NCBI GenBank assembly: GCA_031549365.1
Contig: JAVBPX010000005.1
Span: forward strand, 28,163 to 92,162
Direction of reading: 5' to 3'
DNA length: 64,000 nt
Origin: Alphaproteobacteria bacterium
Lineage (GTDB): Bacteria > Pseudomonadota > Alphaproteobacteria > Rs-D84
The position numbers and the translations under genes were made by a program. Numbering within the stretch: the first letter of the stretch is position 1; each line of letters begins with the position of its first letter. The notes under the pieces are model-generated. The model saw only the letters and a program-made list of their open reading frames with translations, was not told where the DNA came from and searched no databases. Shown here piece after piece: positions 19,299-30,138 of this stretch.

Positions 19299-20036
19299 AT
19301 GAAAAAAATGGAAAAACATATTGTAAACCGCACTGTGCGCGCCTACCAAGTTGATAGGCACGGTCTGTTACGGCCTGTAATTTTAATGAATTTGTTACAA
19401 GATATGGCGGATATTCATGCGGAAAAGATTGGTGTGGGATATACTTTTTGCCGTGAAAAAAATCTGGCGTGGGTTGTAACACACTATGCTATTGAAATTG
19501 AGCGCATGCCTCGCGTTAATCAAGTTTTAACCCTTGCAACATGGCCATCCGGCCAGGATGCATTAAGGGCAACGCGTGATTTTGAAGTATTTGATGACCA
19601 CGGAAATGTTTGCTTTCGCGCAACAAGTCAATGGATATTAATCGATCTTGAATCTCGTCGTCCATTAATATTAGCACGAAATATCCCTGAATTCCCAGTA
19701 TTGGAAGAGAGATCATTGGACATTAAATTTGAATCGTTTCCTGAATTTGAAACACAAAAAACCCAAGAATTCGAACCACGATTTGACGACATTGATGTAA
19801 ATCAGCATGTAAACAACGCAATATACACCGTGTGGGCCACTGAATCCCTGGGTTTTGACTTTCGCAATGCTCACTCATTAAAATCTATTTCCATTCAGTT
19901 CAAAAAGGAAATTCCTGATTCAGTTCGCAAAATTAGCGTAGAATCCCGATTAAACAACAAAACATCAATGCATCGATTAATGTCTTTGGATGGATTATTT
20001 CATGCCGGGATTAAATGCGAATGGACTGATGCGTAA
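19299..20036 (+). CDS. Acyl-ACP thioesterase
   Basis: Double hot-dog pattern, DIDVNQHVNNAIY. Confidence 0.88.
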   Translation: MKKMEKHIVNRTVRAYQVDRHGLLRPVILMNLLQDMADIHAEKIGVGYTFCREKNLAWVVTHYAIEIERMPRVNQVLTLATWPSGQDALRATRDFEVFDDHGNVCFRATSQWILIDLESRRPLILARNIPEFPVLEERSLDIKFESFPEFETQKTQEFEPRFDDIDVNQHVNNAIYTVWATESLGFDFRNAHSLKSISIQFKKEIPDSVRKISVESRLNNKTSMHRLMSLDGLFHAGIKCEWTDA

Positions 20037-20078
20037 AACAAACTTGACTTTTGATTTCATTGTTGTAAAATTACGGCA

Positions 20079-21167
20079 ATGAAATCAGGGTCAAAAAATA
20101 TGACAAAATCTTTTTTTTATTTTACTCCATTTTTTATCGATGCATTACAAATTCCAAGCCATGGATATACGACACATTATGATACGGACGTTTCAGACTT
20201 GCGTCTGTACGTAACATCGCGAGGCGCAAAAACTTTTTTTGTCAGAAAACGCATTAACGGTCGCGACCAAAGAATAATTCTTGGATCGTATCCGGACACT
20301 TCGATTGATGCTGCTAGGGAATACGCAATACAAAAGATGGCTGCACTTAAAAAAAAGCCAACCACCAAAAAGAAACATTCGATAAATCAAATTTCTTTGC
20401 GCGAATTCGTCCCAATTTATATTCGCAAAAAGATCCGGCGCAGGCCTGAATCCCGTGCGAAATTGGTTAAAACAATCAATCGGTTATGGGAATCATTGTT
20501 CCCATTTAATTTAAACGATATTACCGACGAACATGTGTTAACACTCCATCGATATTTGGAAAAGCATCACGGGCCATCCATTGCCAACCGAATGTTAGAA
20601 ATCATGCGCGGATTGTACAGATATGCAAATTTGAACAATTACGCAGATCATAATCCTGCCATATCCGTATCGAAATTTATCGAGGTTCGCCGCCAACGCA
20701 GGTTAAACTCATCCGAAATTCAAACATTGGTTCGAGCCATTAAATCCGAAAAAAACTCAACATTTCGGGCAGCATTATTGATGATGATTTATACAGGGGA
20801 AAAGAAATCTCGTGTTTTTTCAATGCGTTGGTCCGATTTGGACTTTAACCAAAGTTTATGGGAAACATCTGCTGGACCACGCGCATTGGGTGATTTGGCT
20901 GTGGTTTTGCTGGAAAAATTACCACAACGATCCGCATGGGTGTTCCCAAACAAAAAATCATCGTCTGGGCATATCGTTGACCCCAAGCGTCCCTGGAAAC
21001 GCATTTTAAAAAATACAAATATAAACAATGTTCAATTGGATGATATCAATAAAACTTTAAAACAAATTTTTGATAAAGCAATGCGTTCTTTGGAAACCCA
21101 ATATCCAACACTGGAAGACGAACGCCGCATAATTAATCAAACACTATCAAAATTAAAGATTTCATAA
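20079..21167 (+). CDS. P4-like tyrosine integrase homologue with arm-binding domain and degenerate catalytic motifs
   Basis: LRLYVTSRGAKTF..LGSYP..SIDAAR (arm-DNA-binding), YTGEKKSRVFSMRWSDLD, WVFP; HDLR replaced by DDIN. Confidence 0.8.
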   Translation: MKSGSKNMTKSFFYFTPFFIDALQIPSHGYTTHYDTDVSDLRLYVTSRGAKTFFVRKRINGRDQRIILGSYPDTSIDAAREYAIQKMAALKKKPTTKKKHSINQISLREFVPIYIRKKIRRRPESRAKLVKTINRLWESLFPFNLNDITDEHVLTLHRYLEKHHGPSIANRMLEIMRGLYRYANLNNYADHNPAISVSKFIEVRRQRRLNSSEIQTLVRAIKSEKNSTFRAALLMMIYTGEKKSRVFSMRWSDLDFNQSLWETSAGPRALGDLAVVLLEKLPQRSAWVFPNKKSSSGHIVDPKRPWKRILKNTNINNVQLDDINKTLKQIFDKAMRSLETQYPTLEDERRIINQTLSKLKIS

Positions 21168-21169
21168 AA

Positions 21170-21652
21170 ATGCCAAAACATACACCAGAAATGATTCATT
21201 TTTATGAAAATTATTTAAAATCACATATTGATTTGGTAAACAAATACGCAAAAAAATACGATGAACAATTATCATTTTCAGAGCATGATAAATCAAAATT
21301 TATGGAACCTGAAAAATCAGCTTATATTTTCTTATTTTGGTACGGATTTCATCCTGAAATTAAATGGGACTCGGACGAAAAAGCAAAATATTTAAAATAT
21401 CAAATAAATCACTATAAAAACAATTCACATCATGTCGGATTTTATGATGATATAACCAAAATGCCGGAAATTGCAATAATTGAAATGTGTTGTGATTGGT
21501 GTGCTGTGGCAGAATATAAAAACAAAAATTGCGGCCCAGAATACCAAAATCCATATGATTTTTTAAATAAATTTATTGTTAAAAAAATTCCATTTACGGA
21601 TGAACAAATTAATATAATTCACCGAGTTTTAAATAAAATTTGGACTGATTAA
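21170..21652 (+). CDS. DUF5662-like (HD-related) protein
   Basis: HDKSK, HYKNNSHH, EMCCDW. Confidence 0.7.
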   Translation: MPKHTPEMIHFYENYLKSHIDLVNKYAKKYDEQLSFSEHDKSKFMEPEKSAYIFLFWYGFHPEIKWDSDEKAKYLKYQINHYKNNSHHVGFYDDITKMPEIAIIEMCCDWCAVAEYKNKNCGPEYQNPYDFLNKFIVKKIPFTDEQINIIHRVLNKIWTD

Positions 21653-21707
21653 ACACAATCAAAAACTGGATTATCAGTAACCCAGTTTTTGATTGTTGTA
21701 TTGTTTA

Positions 21708-22019
21708 TTAATAACCAGATACGACTGTACAACTTTTCGCATAAATACTTAAAATACTTTCGTTTTCAAGATTTACTGACGAAATGGTTTTAATATTCCC
21801 GTTTTTCTGGGCTGCTGTAATTGATGCATCGCCTCGTGTAATCCACCCTAAAAAGCTTTCCGCGCATGCACGTCCCGTTTTTGATCCGGCACTGTTGGAT
21901 GTTGCCATTACTGGCGCAATTGTTTCTGTGTATAAAATTCCAGGGCCAACAGGCTGATAAGTTCCCGCCATACATCCAGACAGAACAACGACCGAACCCA
22001 TTACTATTAATTTTTTCAT
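21708..22019 (-). CDS. TRL-like family lipoprotein
   Basis: Lipobox LSGC; GRACA..LG....GDASITAA..GNI. Confidence 0.75.
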   Translation of the reverse strand: MKKLIVMGSVVVLSGCMAGTYQPVGPGILYTETIAPVMATSNSAGSKTGRACAESFLGWITRGDASITAAQKNGNIKTISSVNLENESILSIYAKSCTVVSGY

Positions 22020-22108
22020 TTAAACTCCTTTTGATTTCTATATATACATAGAATAACACCCTCGATAATGATTAATCAAGGGTGTTTTACAATGCAATCA
22101 AAAACTGA

Positions 22109-23008
22109 TCAGATCGCTTGGATAAATATTTTATGCTTGTTGGCAGTATCAATAACTTCATCCATATCAATCATAAAACAATATTTTGCATCTAAAACAA
22201 TGCCGCGGATATTTGCGCCAACAATGGTTTTCATTGTTCCCATACCAAAAGCTGGCAAATCAACACGCAAATCTTGTTGCGGCTTTTTTAATTTCGCAAA
22301 TACACCTGAACGATTTTTTGATTTAATCATGGCTCCACAGCGATTGATTAATGCATCTGTACCATCAGCCCCCTCTAAACCCAACACCAACCTATCTACA
22401 ACAACTGCTTGACCTATATCGGCACGGCCAATTAAATGAGAAGCTTCAACAGCACGATTAATGTTTTTCCAATCTTGTTTGTTTGGTTTGGTTTTTGTGA
22501 CTGTTCCTTTTTGCAATACCAAATCCGGACACAATTCATGAGCGCCAACAACTTTAAATCCTTTCTTTTCAATTTCGCGCAATAAAGCATCAAACAATGT
22601 ACTGTATCCGCGATCGCTCATCATTACTTTGGCCACAATTTTCATAGACCACCAATCAGGGCGAATATCTGAAAAATTTGGGTGCCCTATTGCTCCTACC
22701 ATTGTCATTTTTGTAATACCGCGTTTTTTCATTTCACGTGTTGCGGTCCCGCCTTCCCCTAAACGAATTGTTATATCTGGTTTTAATTTTGGATCTACGA
22801 AATTTTTTAACCCAACAACAAATACTTCGTACCCAGATTTAATCAAACTTTCTTTGACATAAAAAGGAAGTTTATAAGCCCCCGCAATCAAGGCTATTTT
22901 TTTATCATTATTTTTTATGACCACTTTATCAATTTTTTTGATTGCTGTTTTTTTTGTTACTTTTTTTATAGTCTTCTTGGGACCCCTTTCATCTTTCATC
23001 GTTGACAC
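22109..23008 (-). CDS. lpxI: UDP-2,3-diacylglucosamine diphosphatase LpxI
   Basis: ALIAG, DIGQAVVV, EGADGTD, KPQQDLRVDLP; Lys-rich N-terminal extension. Confidence 0.9.
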   Translation of the reverse strand: MSTMKDERGPKKTIKKVTKKTAIKKIDKVVIKNNDKKIALIAGAYKLPFYVKESLIKSGYEVFVVGLKNFVDPKLKPDITIRLGEGGTATREMKKRGITKMTMVGAIGHPNFSDIRPDWWSMKIVAKVMMSDRGYSTLFDALLREIEKKGFKVVGAHELCPDLVLQKGTVTKTKPNKQDWKNINRAVEASHLIGRADIGQAVVVDRLVLGLEGADGTDALINRCGAMIKSKNRSGVFAKLKKPQQDLRVDLPAFGMGTMKTIVGANIRGIVLDAKYCFMIDMDEVIDTANKHKIFIQAI

Positions 23009-23425
23009 TCCTTTTGCTCAACAAGTATCATTTTAATTATTTTTATCCCATATGCAAATATTTTATTAAAAACTGACTTGAAATTGGCCATTTTACACCA
23101 ATAACGTCCCAAAAATAGGCCTTTTTCTAATTATACTCTTTTCAATAAAATTTACCCAAAAACTTGTAAATAATCACAATATCAACTCTATTTTTTGGGA
23201 AATATAAATATAAGAAATTCTCGGATTAAACCGTTTTTCAATACATAAAACCGAATGAAACACTGCGTTTATTAACATGCGTGTTACTTACAAATACACT
23301 AATGCTTTATTTACCAGACAGCATGATTACATCTTACTTTTTTTAAACTAAATAAATATTGGTATATTAAGTACTGCATCAGTGATAAATTTAAAATCTT
23401 TTATAGTTTTTTAAATTTAAACTAC

Positions 23426-23451
23426 AAAACCCGCCGAACTCGGCGGGTTTT
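23426..23451 (-). terminator. Terminator of tRNA-fMet
   Basis: AAAACCCGCCGA-AC-TCGGCGGGTTTT. Confidence 0.8.
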
Positions 23452-23453
23452 AT

Positions 23454-23530
<77 letters not shown>

Positions 23531-23715
23531 TTAAACTTTGTGTGGTCATACTACGCCCATTAACATTGATTGTCAAGAAAAAACCACGGATATTAATATT
23601 TATCTGAATGTCCACACATTAAATCTGGGAGATTGACCCATTTTCTGCGAGATACAACAGAGAAAATTTAATCAAAAACCCGGCAATTGCCGGGTTTTTT
23701 AATTGATTTTATGAA

Positions 23716-24708
23716 TTAAAATTCAAATCGTACACCCACATATGCTGTCCCATAAAAATTGTTATGGGATGATACGATATCGCGTGACGATTCCGCCACT
23801 GTTTCATCAATTGATGCTGCTTTTTCATTATTTACAGCCCATTGAATTTTATCAATATACGCAACCTTTAACCCAACGTCAAAGAATTGACCAACGCCAA
23901 ATCCATACGATGCGCCCAAGGATCCGGCCAATGCCACAGTTTGGGTTTTTGTGTCGGATTTATAAAAATGAACAACCTTGTCTGCACCAACAGGCGGGCC
24001 ATACGATTGCATATTGGCGTCTTCGGATAAATTACCATAAATATCATTTAACTGCATGGTTGTTGTAATATCGGCATACCCAAACCCCAAACCAACGTAT
24101 GGAATGAACGTATTTAATGGTTTTGTAACACCTCGGAAAAAATCGCGATAAAACATCAACATATACATATCGGTTTGAACAGTGGATGACATACTGCCCG
24201 ATTTAATTGTGAACACACCAGAATCTGAATCGGAACCAACTGTATAATTCCATGGCTCTTGGTCCCTGAATAATGTTGGTGCATCGGCACTGAATTTTGC
24301 ATAATGGTCCCATGAGCCCTCGACCCTCCATTGGGTGGCGTTTGGCAAAACAAATCCCAAGCCAATTGACGCAAACATTGTTACGTTTGATAATTTTTCA
24401 ACCGCGTCCAAAGCGCCCATGTCATAAAATCCGATTACCACCGAATTTCCGGCGCCTGCAGTACTTGGCGCTGAAATTGGTGTCCAAAATGCACCCTCTA
24501 GCCCATCGCCAGTACCCGTAAAATATTCAACTGTCAACGAACCCATATCGTTTTCCATCTTGGCCGCTTGGATATAAGTGGCACCGCCCTTGGCCGTAAC
24601 GTAAAAACGGGCCCCGTTGTCGCGATCCGTAACAGACGACCAATTTGCATTGGCTGCAACCGTTGTAAACGCCAACATGACAAACGCACTGGTTAAAATT
24701 TTTTGCAT
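23716..24708 (-). CDS. Outer-membrane beta-barrel surface protein (Opa/Msp4-like)
   Basis: Signal peptide, PYVGLGFG, C-terminal YVGVRFEF. Confidence 0.75.
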   Translation of the reverse strand: MQKILTSAFVMLAFTTVAANANWSSVTDRDNGARFYVTAKGGATYIQAAKMENDMGSLTVEYFTGTGDGLEGAFWTPISAPSTAGAGNSVVIGFYDMGALDAVEKLSNVTMFASIGLGFVLPNATQWRVEGSWDHYAKFSADAPTLFRDQEPWNYTVGSDSDSGVFTIKSGSMSSTVQTDMYMLMFYRDFFRGVTKPLNTFIPYVGLGFGYADITTTMQLNDIYGNLSEDANMQSYGPPVGADKVVHFYKSDTKTQTVALAGSLGASYGFGVGQFFDVGLKVAYIDKIQWAVNNEKAASIDETVAESSRDIVSSHNNFYGTAYVGVRFEF

Positions 24709-24821
24709 ATTCTTTCTCCGACTATTTTTATATACGCCCTTATTATACGGCATTTGCACAAAAAAGAAAAGTATAAAATCGCTTGAATGGTGGTGATATA
24801 CGTGTTAATGTCTTTGGTGTG

Positions 24822-25373
24822 ATGAGCGTGAATATAACCTGCCCTTTTTGCCAAACAACATACCGATTGGATCAACCAGAATCCCGTCGCTCTGTGCAGT
24901 GCAGCGTTTGCGGACATGTTTGGGATTCAAAAATAAAACCAAAATCCCGGTTTAACATATCAATTCGTGGAATTTTAATCGTTTTATCGATTGTTTTTTC
25001 TATATCAATGACTGGATTTTTAATTATTAACCCCGAACCTATTAAAAATTTGATTGAATCGGTTGCAAACAATGACGACACTCCATTAAAAATTGGATTA
25101 AATCCATTGCAAACATCAATGGACGAAAATGATCAGATTAAATGGTTAATAACCGGATCAATTAAAAACCCAACTGATAAAATGTTCAGCGTGCCGGGGG
25201 TTAACATCATTTTACATGCCCGCGATGGTCAAATATTGGATGTGTTTTCGTTCTATCCGCCCGCACCAATATTGGATTCGGGTGCTGAAATTGAATTTTC
25301 ATATACTATCACCCCCATGACTGACATGGCGCATCATATTTCGGTCATATTTAAATCAGGAGAGAACAAATGA
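24822..25373 (+). CDS. Zinc-ribbon (MJ0042-type) membrane protein, DUF3426-like
   Basis: CPFC..VQCSVCGHVW, one TM helix, GSIKN. Confidence 0.75.
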   Translation: MSVNITCPFCQTTYRLDQPESRRSVQCSVCGHVWDSKIKPKSRFNISIRGILIVLSIVFSISMTGFLIINPEPIKNLIESVANNDDTPLKIGLNPLQTSMDENDQIKWLITGSIKNPTDKMFSVPGVNIILHARDGQILDVFSFYPPAPILDSGAEIEFSYTITPMTDMAHHISVIFKSGENK

Positions 25374-25819
25374 AAAAAATAAAACAATCTATTATCGGCG
25401 CCACACTGGCTGTTTTATGCGCATTTTCTGCAAATGCCGCGACCCAGGGAACTTCGGATGACTGGGAACGAATTGCCGGGAAAAAGTTTGCAGAATATCA
25501 ATTAATTTTGTCATTGGATTACAATGTTCCAGATGGAATTGGCATTTATATGTTGGATTCATTCCCATGCGTTGGTCAAGTTAATAGAACACGAGTATTT
25601 TTGGAAAACCAACGCGATTATCCATTATTCATCAGCTGTTTATTTCCTCCAAAAACAATTACACTGGGGTACAGGATGAGCAAAAATGTCCAAAAGAAAA
25701 ACGAAGGCCTGGCCGAAGGAATAATGGTATGCACCCCGCAAATAAACGACAAAGATCGTGTAGACGACAGGTATTATATATATCTGTCAAAATGCGCGAC
25801 AACCCCTATTGGTTATTAA
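25370..25819 (+). CDS. Hypothetical exported protein
   Basis: Signal peptide ending ANA, four Cys in the mature part, good SD. Confidence 0.6.
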   Translation: MKKIKQSIIGATLAVLCAFSANAATQGTSDDWERIAGKKFAEYQLILSLDYNVPDGIGIYMLDSFPCVGQVNRTRVFLENQRDYPLFISCLFPPKTITLGYRMSKNVQKKNEGLAEGIMVCTPQINDKDRVDDRYYIYLSKCATTPIGY

Positions 25820-25820
25820 T

Positions 25821-26801
25821 ATGCAAAAACATGAATTTATTATTGATGAAACAAACGTTGGCGTTCGAATGGACCGGGTTTTGGCCGGGTTATTACCCGA
25901 TTTATCCCGGACCGAAATTCAAAATTTGGCGCCAATTGGTAATATAAAATTAAATGGAAATGTTGTATCCAGATTGTCTGTTAAATTGGCGTTAAACGAC
26001 AAAATTGAAATTGATGTCCCGATCCAAGCCGCACTGGATTTAGCGGGCCAAGAAATGGATTTAAATATATTATTCGAAGATGATGACATAATCGTTGTAA
26101 ATAAACCACGCGGTATGCCCATGTATCCAGGACCGGGACACAAAAAAGACACTTTGGTCCAAGGTTTAATCCATCACACCAACGGTCATTTATCATCACT
26201 TGGGGGCGAACATCGTCCCGGCATTGTTCATCGTTTGGATATGAATACATCCGGCGTTGTAATTGTTGCAAAAACTGATATTGCGTTTCATAAATTATCG
26301 GAATTATTTTCAAAACACACGTTGGTCCGTAAATATATTGCATTTTGTTGGAATATTCCAAAACATGATGCCGCTATAATTACTGGGAATATTGGGCGTC
26401 ATTTCAAAAATCGTCAAAAAATGAGCATGGTTAAAACTGGCGGCAAAGAGGCCGAAACCCACATAGATTTAATGCACATATGGACCCGCCCAAATGTATC
26501 ACAAATTCATTGCACCTTGAAAACCGGACGCACACATCAAATCCGTGTTCATTTATCGGCGCATGGATATCCCGTCATGATGGACCCGCTGTACGGAAAA
26601 GACAGAAACTTTGTTCACGCATTACAACCATCGTTTTTATTGGATTTTTGTAATGAACATCATGGCCAAATGCTGCATGCGGATACACTGGAAATCGAAC
26701 ATCCAATTAATGGGAAAACACTGAAATTTCGGGCTCCGTTACCAGATGATATGACCGAGTTACAGACAGCATTGGATGATTACCAAGAAACTTTTGGCTA
26801 A
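25821..26801 (+). CDS. rluD: 23S rRNA pseudouridine synthase RluD
   Basis: S4 domain, RPGIVHRLD, TGRTHQIRVH. Confidence 0.9.
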   Translation: MQKHEFIIDETNVGVRMDRVLAGLLPDLSRTEIQNLAPIGNIKLNGNVVSRLSVKLALNDKIEIDVPIQAALDLAGQEMDLNILFEDDDIIVVNKPRGMPMYPGPGHKKDTLVQGLIHHTNGHLSSLGGEHRPGIVHRLDMNTSGVVIVAKTDIAFHKLSELFSKHTLVRKYIAFCWNIPKHDAAIITGNIGRHFKNRQKMSMVKTGGKEAETHIDLMHIWTRPNVSQIHCTLKTGRTHQIRVHLSAHGYPVMMDPLYGKDRNFVHALQPSFLLDFCNEHHGQMLHADTLEIEHPINGKTLKFRAPLPDDMTELQTALDDYQETFG

Positions 26802-26874
26802 TATTTTCTCGTCGGTCCGCATTGGACACAACGAATAAAATATTTTTAATAATTTATTTCTTTAAAAAATCAAT

Positions 26875-26907
26875 GTCATTGCGAGGAGTAACGACTCGGT
26901 GGTAATT
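26875..26907. repeat. GTCATTGCGAG-type REP-like remnant
   Basis: GTCATTGCGAGGAG..CGAC..GGTAATT; related motifs at 40171, 58731, 63800. Confidence 0.55.
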
Positions 26908-26919
26908 ATTACAATTTAA

Positions 26920-28077
26920 TTATGAATTTAAAATTTTATAAATATCTTTGGAGATCATTGTCGATGGTGTTTTATTTGGTTTTGACCAAAAATTATCCGC
27001 CATGTGTAATTCATTAATCATTTTTTCACTAATGCGTTTATTTTTCAATAATTTCAATATACAATTGGTCAAATTACCGGGATTTACATCACTTTGCACA
27101 ATTTCAGGGTATATTGTTTTTTTGGATAAAATATTGACCAATGAAATCCATTTCAAATTAACAAACTGTTTTGCCAACCAAAACGTTAGCCCATTCATTC
27201 TGTAAACAATTATTGCAGGGATATGCAATATTGCCAATTCAACGGATACTGTACCGGATGCTGCCAATGCAACATCGGTTGCTGCAAATGCATCATATCT
27301 TTCGTTTGTCCCGCGAATAATTAATGGTTTAATTTTCCAATTTTTAATTTCCGATTCAACCATATCCGCCATTGTTTCAACAACCGGCATAACCGGCACC
27401 AAATGTGGAATTTTTCGCGATAAATTATCCAACACCACTTTGTAGTCTGATATTAATTTTTCAACTTCTGTTTTGCGCGACCCTGGAATAAAAGTAACAA
27501 CAGTTGCATCATTTGAAATTTTATATTTTTTTAAAAAACGGGTTTTGCTGGCCGTTTTAATTCCGCCCTCGATAATTGGATGACCGACCGACATTGTCTT
27601 TAATCCGTATTTTGTAAAAAACGGAACTTCAAAATCAAAAAAACAATATAATTTATCAAAAATTTCTGCAAACGATTTTGCGCGCGATGGACGCCATGCC
27701 CAAACCGCAGGCGCAACAACATGAACCGCCGTACCGCAATATCCGGCTTTTTTGGCATTTTTTACCACGCGTTTGGCAAATCCCGGCGCGTCAATTGTAA
27801 TTACAATATCTGGATGACATTCAACAATTTTTGATGCAGTTTCGTTAATTCGTGATGTTAATAATTTTGCACGTTTCAAAACTTCTATGAAACCCATCAC
27901 AGCAATATCGCGCATTGGAAAAATGGATTTTAATCCATTTTTAATCATGTTTTCACCACCAACACCGATAAATTCAACATTTTTAAATTCACGTTTAATC
28001 GCATTAATAATATTTGCCCCCAAAACGTCGCCAGACACTTCGCCCGCCACTATAAAAACACGATATGTTTGTTTCAT
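26920..28077 (-). CDS. lpxB: Lipid-A-disaccharide synthase
   Basis: AGEVSGD, VWAWR, PGSR, ASGT. Confidence 0.95.
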   Translation of the reverse strand: MKQTYRVFIVAGEVSGDVLGANIINAIKREFKNVEFIGVGGENMIKNGLKSIFPMRDIAVMGFIEVLKRAKLLTSRINETASKIVECHPDIVITIDAPGFAKRVVKNAKKAGYCGTAVHVVAPAVWAWRPSRAKSFAEIFDKLYCFFDFEVPFFTKYGLKTMSVGHPIIEGGIKTASKTRFLKKYKISNDATVVTFIPGSRKTEVEKLISDYKVVLDNLSRKIPHLVPVMPVVETMADMVESEIKNWKIKPLIIRGTNERYDAFAATDVALAASGTVSVELAILHIPAIIVYRMNGLTFWLAKQFVNLKWISLVNILSKKTIYPEIVQSDVNPGNLTNCILKLLKNKRISEKMINELHMADNFWSKPNKTPSTMISKDIYKILNS

Positions 28078-28880
28078 CTTTTTGAATTTTCCGCATTAAT
28101 TCCGCGAGTGGAACGATTTTCAATAAAATCAATAGCATCCAGCGCGTATGGGTTTTTACCAACTTCGTGTCGCACACGTTTTAAACGTTCCGCCATTGTA
28201 TCGTCGTTGTTCTTGTCGAATGCAGCGGTATAAACCTTGTAAATTGCGTGAATATCCTCGTTTGTGAAACCGCGACGGGATAATCCAACACGATTGATAC
28301 TGCGGTATTGGGCTGGCATTCCGGTTGAAATACTGTATGGCAATATATCTGTGCCAGCACCCGACATTCCGCCAACCATGGCATGTTTACCAATGCGCGA
28401 AAATTGATGTACAGCGGATAATCCACCAATGATTGCCCAATCTTCGATTTCAACGTGCCCTGCAATTTGAACAACATTTGATAAAATAATATTATTTCCC
28501 AAATGGCAATCGTGCGCAATGTGTGCGTTAATCATAATTTGATTGTCATCACCAATAATCGTCCCGGTTGATGCAGGTGTTCCAGATTGAATTGTAACAT
28601 ATTCGCGGATACGATTGCGTTTTCCGATGACAACACCAGTCATGGTTTCGTCATCTTGGAATTTTAAATCTTGGCCCTTGGTTCCAATAGCAGCAAAAGG
28701 ATATACGATTGTGTCGTCCCCAATGGATGTTTTGCCGTCAACCACAACATGGGACATTAATTCAACACGATCGCCCAATGTAACTTCGGGTCCAATAACG
28801 CAATATGGCCCAATTTTAACGTCAGATCCCAATTTTGCAGAATCAGCCACAATTGCAGTTGAATGAATTTGATTCGACAC
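28074..28880 (-). CDS. lpxA: UDP-N-acetylglucosamine acyltransferase
   Basis: Hexapeptide repeats, QDLKF, HIAHDC, HQF. Confidence 0.95.
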   Translation of the reverse strand: MSNQIHSTAIVADSAKLGSDVKIGPYCVIGPEVTLGDRVELMSHVVVDGKTSIGDDTIVYPFAAIGTKGQDLKFQDDETMTGVVIGKRNRIREYVTIQSGTPASTGTIIGDDNQIMINAHIAHDCHLGNNIILSNVVQIAGHVEIEDWAIIGGLSAVHQFSRIGKHAMVGGMSGAGTDILPYSISTGMPAQYRSINRVGLSRRGFTNEDIHAIYKVYTAAFDKNNDDTMAERLKRVRHEVGKNPYALDAIDFIENRSTRGINAENSKR

Positions 28881-29017
28881 GATATACCCCTTTTTGATAT
28901 AAAAATGAACAGGGTTTTATTATATATAATAATTACCAAAACCCGAATCAAAACTTATAACGAAATATAACGGAAATATCGCATAAAAAAACGGACCAAA
29001 TGGTCCGTTTTATAACA

Positions 29018-30091
<1,074 letters not shown>

Positions 30092-30138
30092 TTAACTTTT
30101 GAATTATAAATAAAAAATGGCAATAATCAAGCGGTGAT

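Noticed and set aside
20079-21652. Prophage or genomic island
   Set aside because: No att repeats, structural or replication genes flank the integrase homologue.
23010-23425. 415-bp AT-rich gap between lpxI and tRNA-fMet as an ncRNA or second origin
   Set aside because: No ORF, convincing structure or box cluster found by eye.
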